From Vicugna vicugna (lineage: Eukaryota): DNA of 64,000 bases. The DNA lies in the NCBI GenBank assembly GCA_013265495.1, contig MU061717.1, positions 1,984,001 to 2,048,000 of the forward strand. Direction: 5' to 3'. Shown here in pieces: positions 62,700 through 64,000 of the stretch (within the stretch, counting starts at the first letter, position 1; each line of letters starts with the position of its first letter). The notes beneath the pieces are model-generated. The model was not told the DNA's origin and did not search any database. It worked only from the letters and a program-made list of their open reading frames with translations. The translations under genes and the position numbers were made by a program.

Positions 62700-63205
62700 C
62701 AGCTGTCACCACGGCCTTCTAAGGCCAACCAGCATGACTCCTGTTACTCTCTGCCCTGTGGGCTCCGTCCTCAGGTGGCCGTTCCTCCAATGGACCTGCA
62801 CACCCGCGCCTTAGGGCCTTCACCAGGCTGCTCCTTAGCCTGGAACACAGTTCCCCGACACCTGCCAGTCAGCTCCATCTCCTTCATCATTTTGCTTACC
62901 TAACTCTCTTAATGGAGACTTACTTGGTCCCTCTATTTTAGTGTCATAAGCCCTCCCTCCGCCCTGGGCCACATTTCAGCCGCCTTGTGCTGTTCTCTTT
63001 TCCCGCAGTGCTTCTCGTCTTCTAAAATTGTGTATTACCTAACTCACTTGTTTCTTTTTATTGTCTTTCCCTCCACACGCCGGACTAGAATGTCAGCCCT
63101 AAGGGCAGGCACGTTTGTCTGTTTTGCCTCTCAGTTCATCCAGAGCCCCTCGAGCGCTGCCTGGCTCTTAGTAGTTGCTCAGTAAATACGTGTTGACTAA
63201 ATGAA
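62700..63205 (+). mobile_element. L2a-like 3' region to terminus
   Basis: gccttagggccttcac...gcctggaacac...ctagaatgtcagccctaagggcagg...gcctggctcttagtagttgctcagtaaatacgtgttgactaaatgaa. Confidence 0.88.
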
Positions 63206-64000
63206 GAGCCTTTCCCGAGGTCACCGAACCACGACGTGCGGGAGCCGGGCTTCCGCAGGCTGCACGTGTTCAGGCCGCGTGGAGGAGGCCTTTTGGGCCA
63301 AGCAAAGTGAGAAGTTGACCCTGGCTCAGATGGGGAATGTCCGGTTTACAAGTTCGGACTTTATCTGCCATGCCATCTTATCATGAGGATTCCAGGAGGT
63401 TTGAGTGTACAAACTGGGACGTGGGGACCCGGTGGCAAAATTGAGATTGCCTTTCTGTGTATTGAATTTTCCACCAGCCCATGTTTACTCCTCTGACGTG
63501 GCAAGAATTGTGCCCACAGGCATTTTGTTCCTGAAATCACCCCTGCTTTATAAAAACAACATGGGTTTTGTTAACATAAGTATTTAGCCCACTTGTGTGG
63601 CCTGCTCCACCTCACCCACCCCTGCCAGGCCTGGAGTGGTGGTCACAAGTGTCTGAAAGCATCTAATAACACGTACACGTGTTGCAGCTTCAGGAAAATA
63701 CGTCTTTCCTCGTGGCATTCTTTCTCTTTCCTCTTTTCTGTGCCAAACATTTTAAATGAATCTCTCCTGTTTATTCAGGCAGAACTTAACATTTTAAAAA
63801 CAACTTTATCAGAATGATGAAGGAGTAACAGTTCTTTCCATTGTTACTTAGGATAATATTTTTGAGGCTCCAGTTCAGGTGGGAAGGATTGACCTGGTTT
63901 TTATTGTCCTCTGTTGTGTTTACCTTGCTGCCTTATTATTTTGAGTCTATTCACAGGATGCTGGCAGATGCCGTTGACGTAATTGTTACTTTTTAAGCAA

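Noticed and set aside
1-64000. A novel multi-gene system, CRISPR array, operon or prokaryotic mobile element
   Set aside because: The DNA is eutherian and repeat-rich. There are no regularly spaced repeats, no long gene-like ORFs (longest 201 aa) and no recognisable protein domain other than L1 ORF2 remnants.

Overview
Mammalian non-coding genomic DNA, not prokaryotic. It is most likely camelid (camel/alpaca/vicuna), from two tRNA-Ala-derived Vic-1-type SINEs and cetartiodactyl-type L1 3' ends. I find no convincing protein-coding gene, intact RNA gene, CRISPR array or operon. The only ORFs with recognisable similarity are decayed L1 ORF2 C-terminal remnants next to assembly gaps. The window is a mosaic of old interspersed repeats (MIR, L2, L1MB/MC, MLT1 solo LTRs, hAT MITEs such as MER20 and MER5A) and younger lineage-specific insertions, with three N-gaps in or beside L1 copies. 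L1 and LTR copies are mostly on the minus strand, suggesting an intron of a large plus-strand gene that I cannot name. The best leads are modest: a promoter-like micro CpG cluster followed by a consensus splice donor (~33.2-33.5 kb), a CpG-rich hairpin inside a splice-site-flanked open frame (~0.3-0.5 kb), a triple CACTAATT homeodomain-site cluster (~56.2 kb), an orphan CpG-island-like segment (~25.4-26.1 kb) and several nested insertions. I found no evidence for a new multi-gene system. Repeat family names come from remembered consensus sequences, not a database search, and boundaries of old repeats are approximate.
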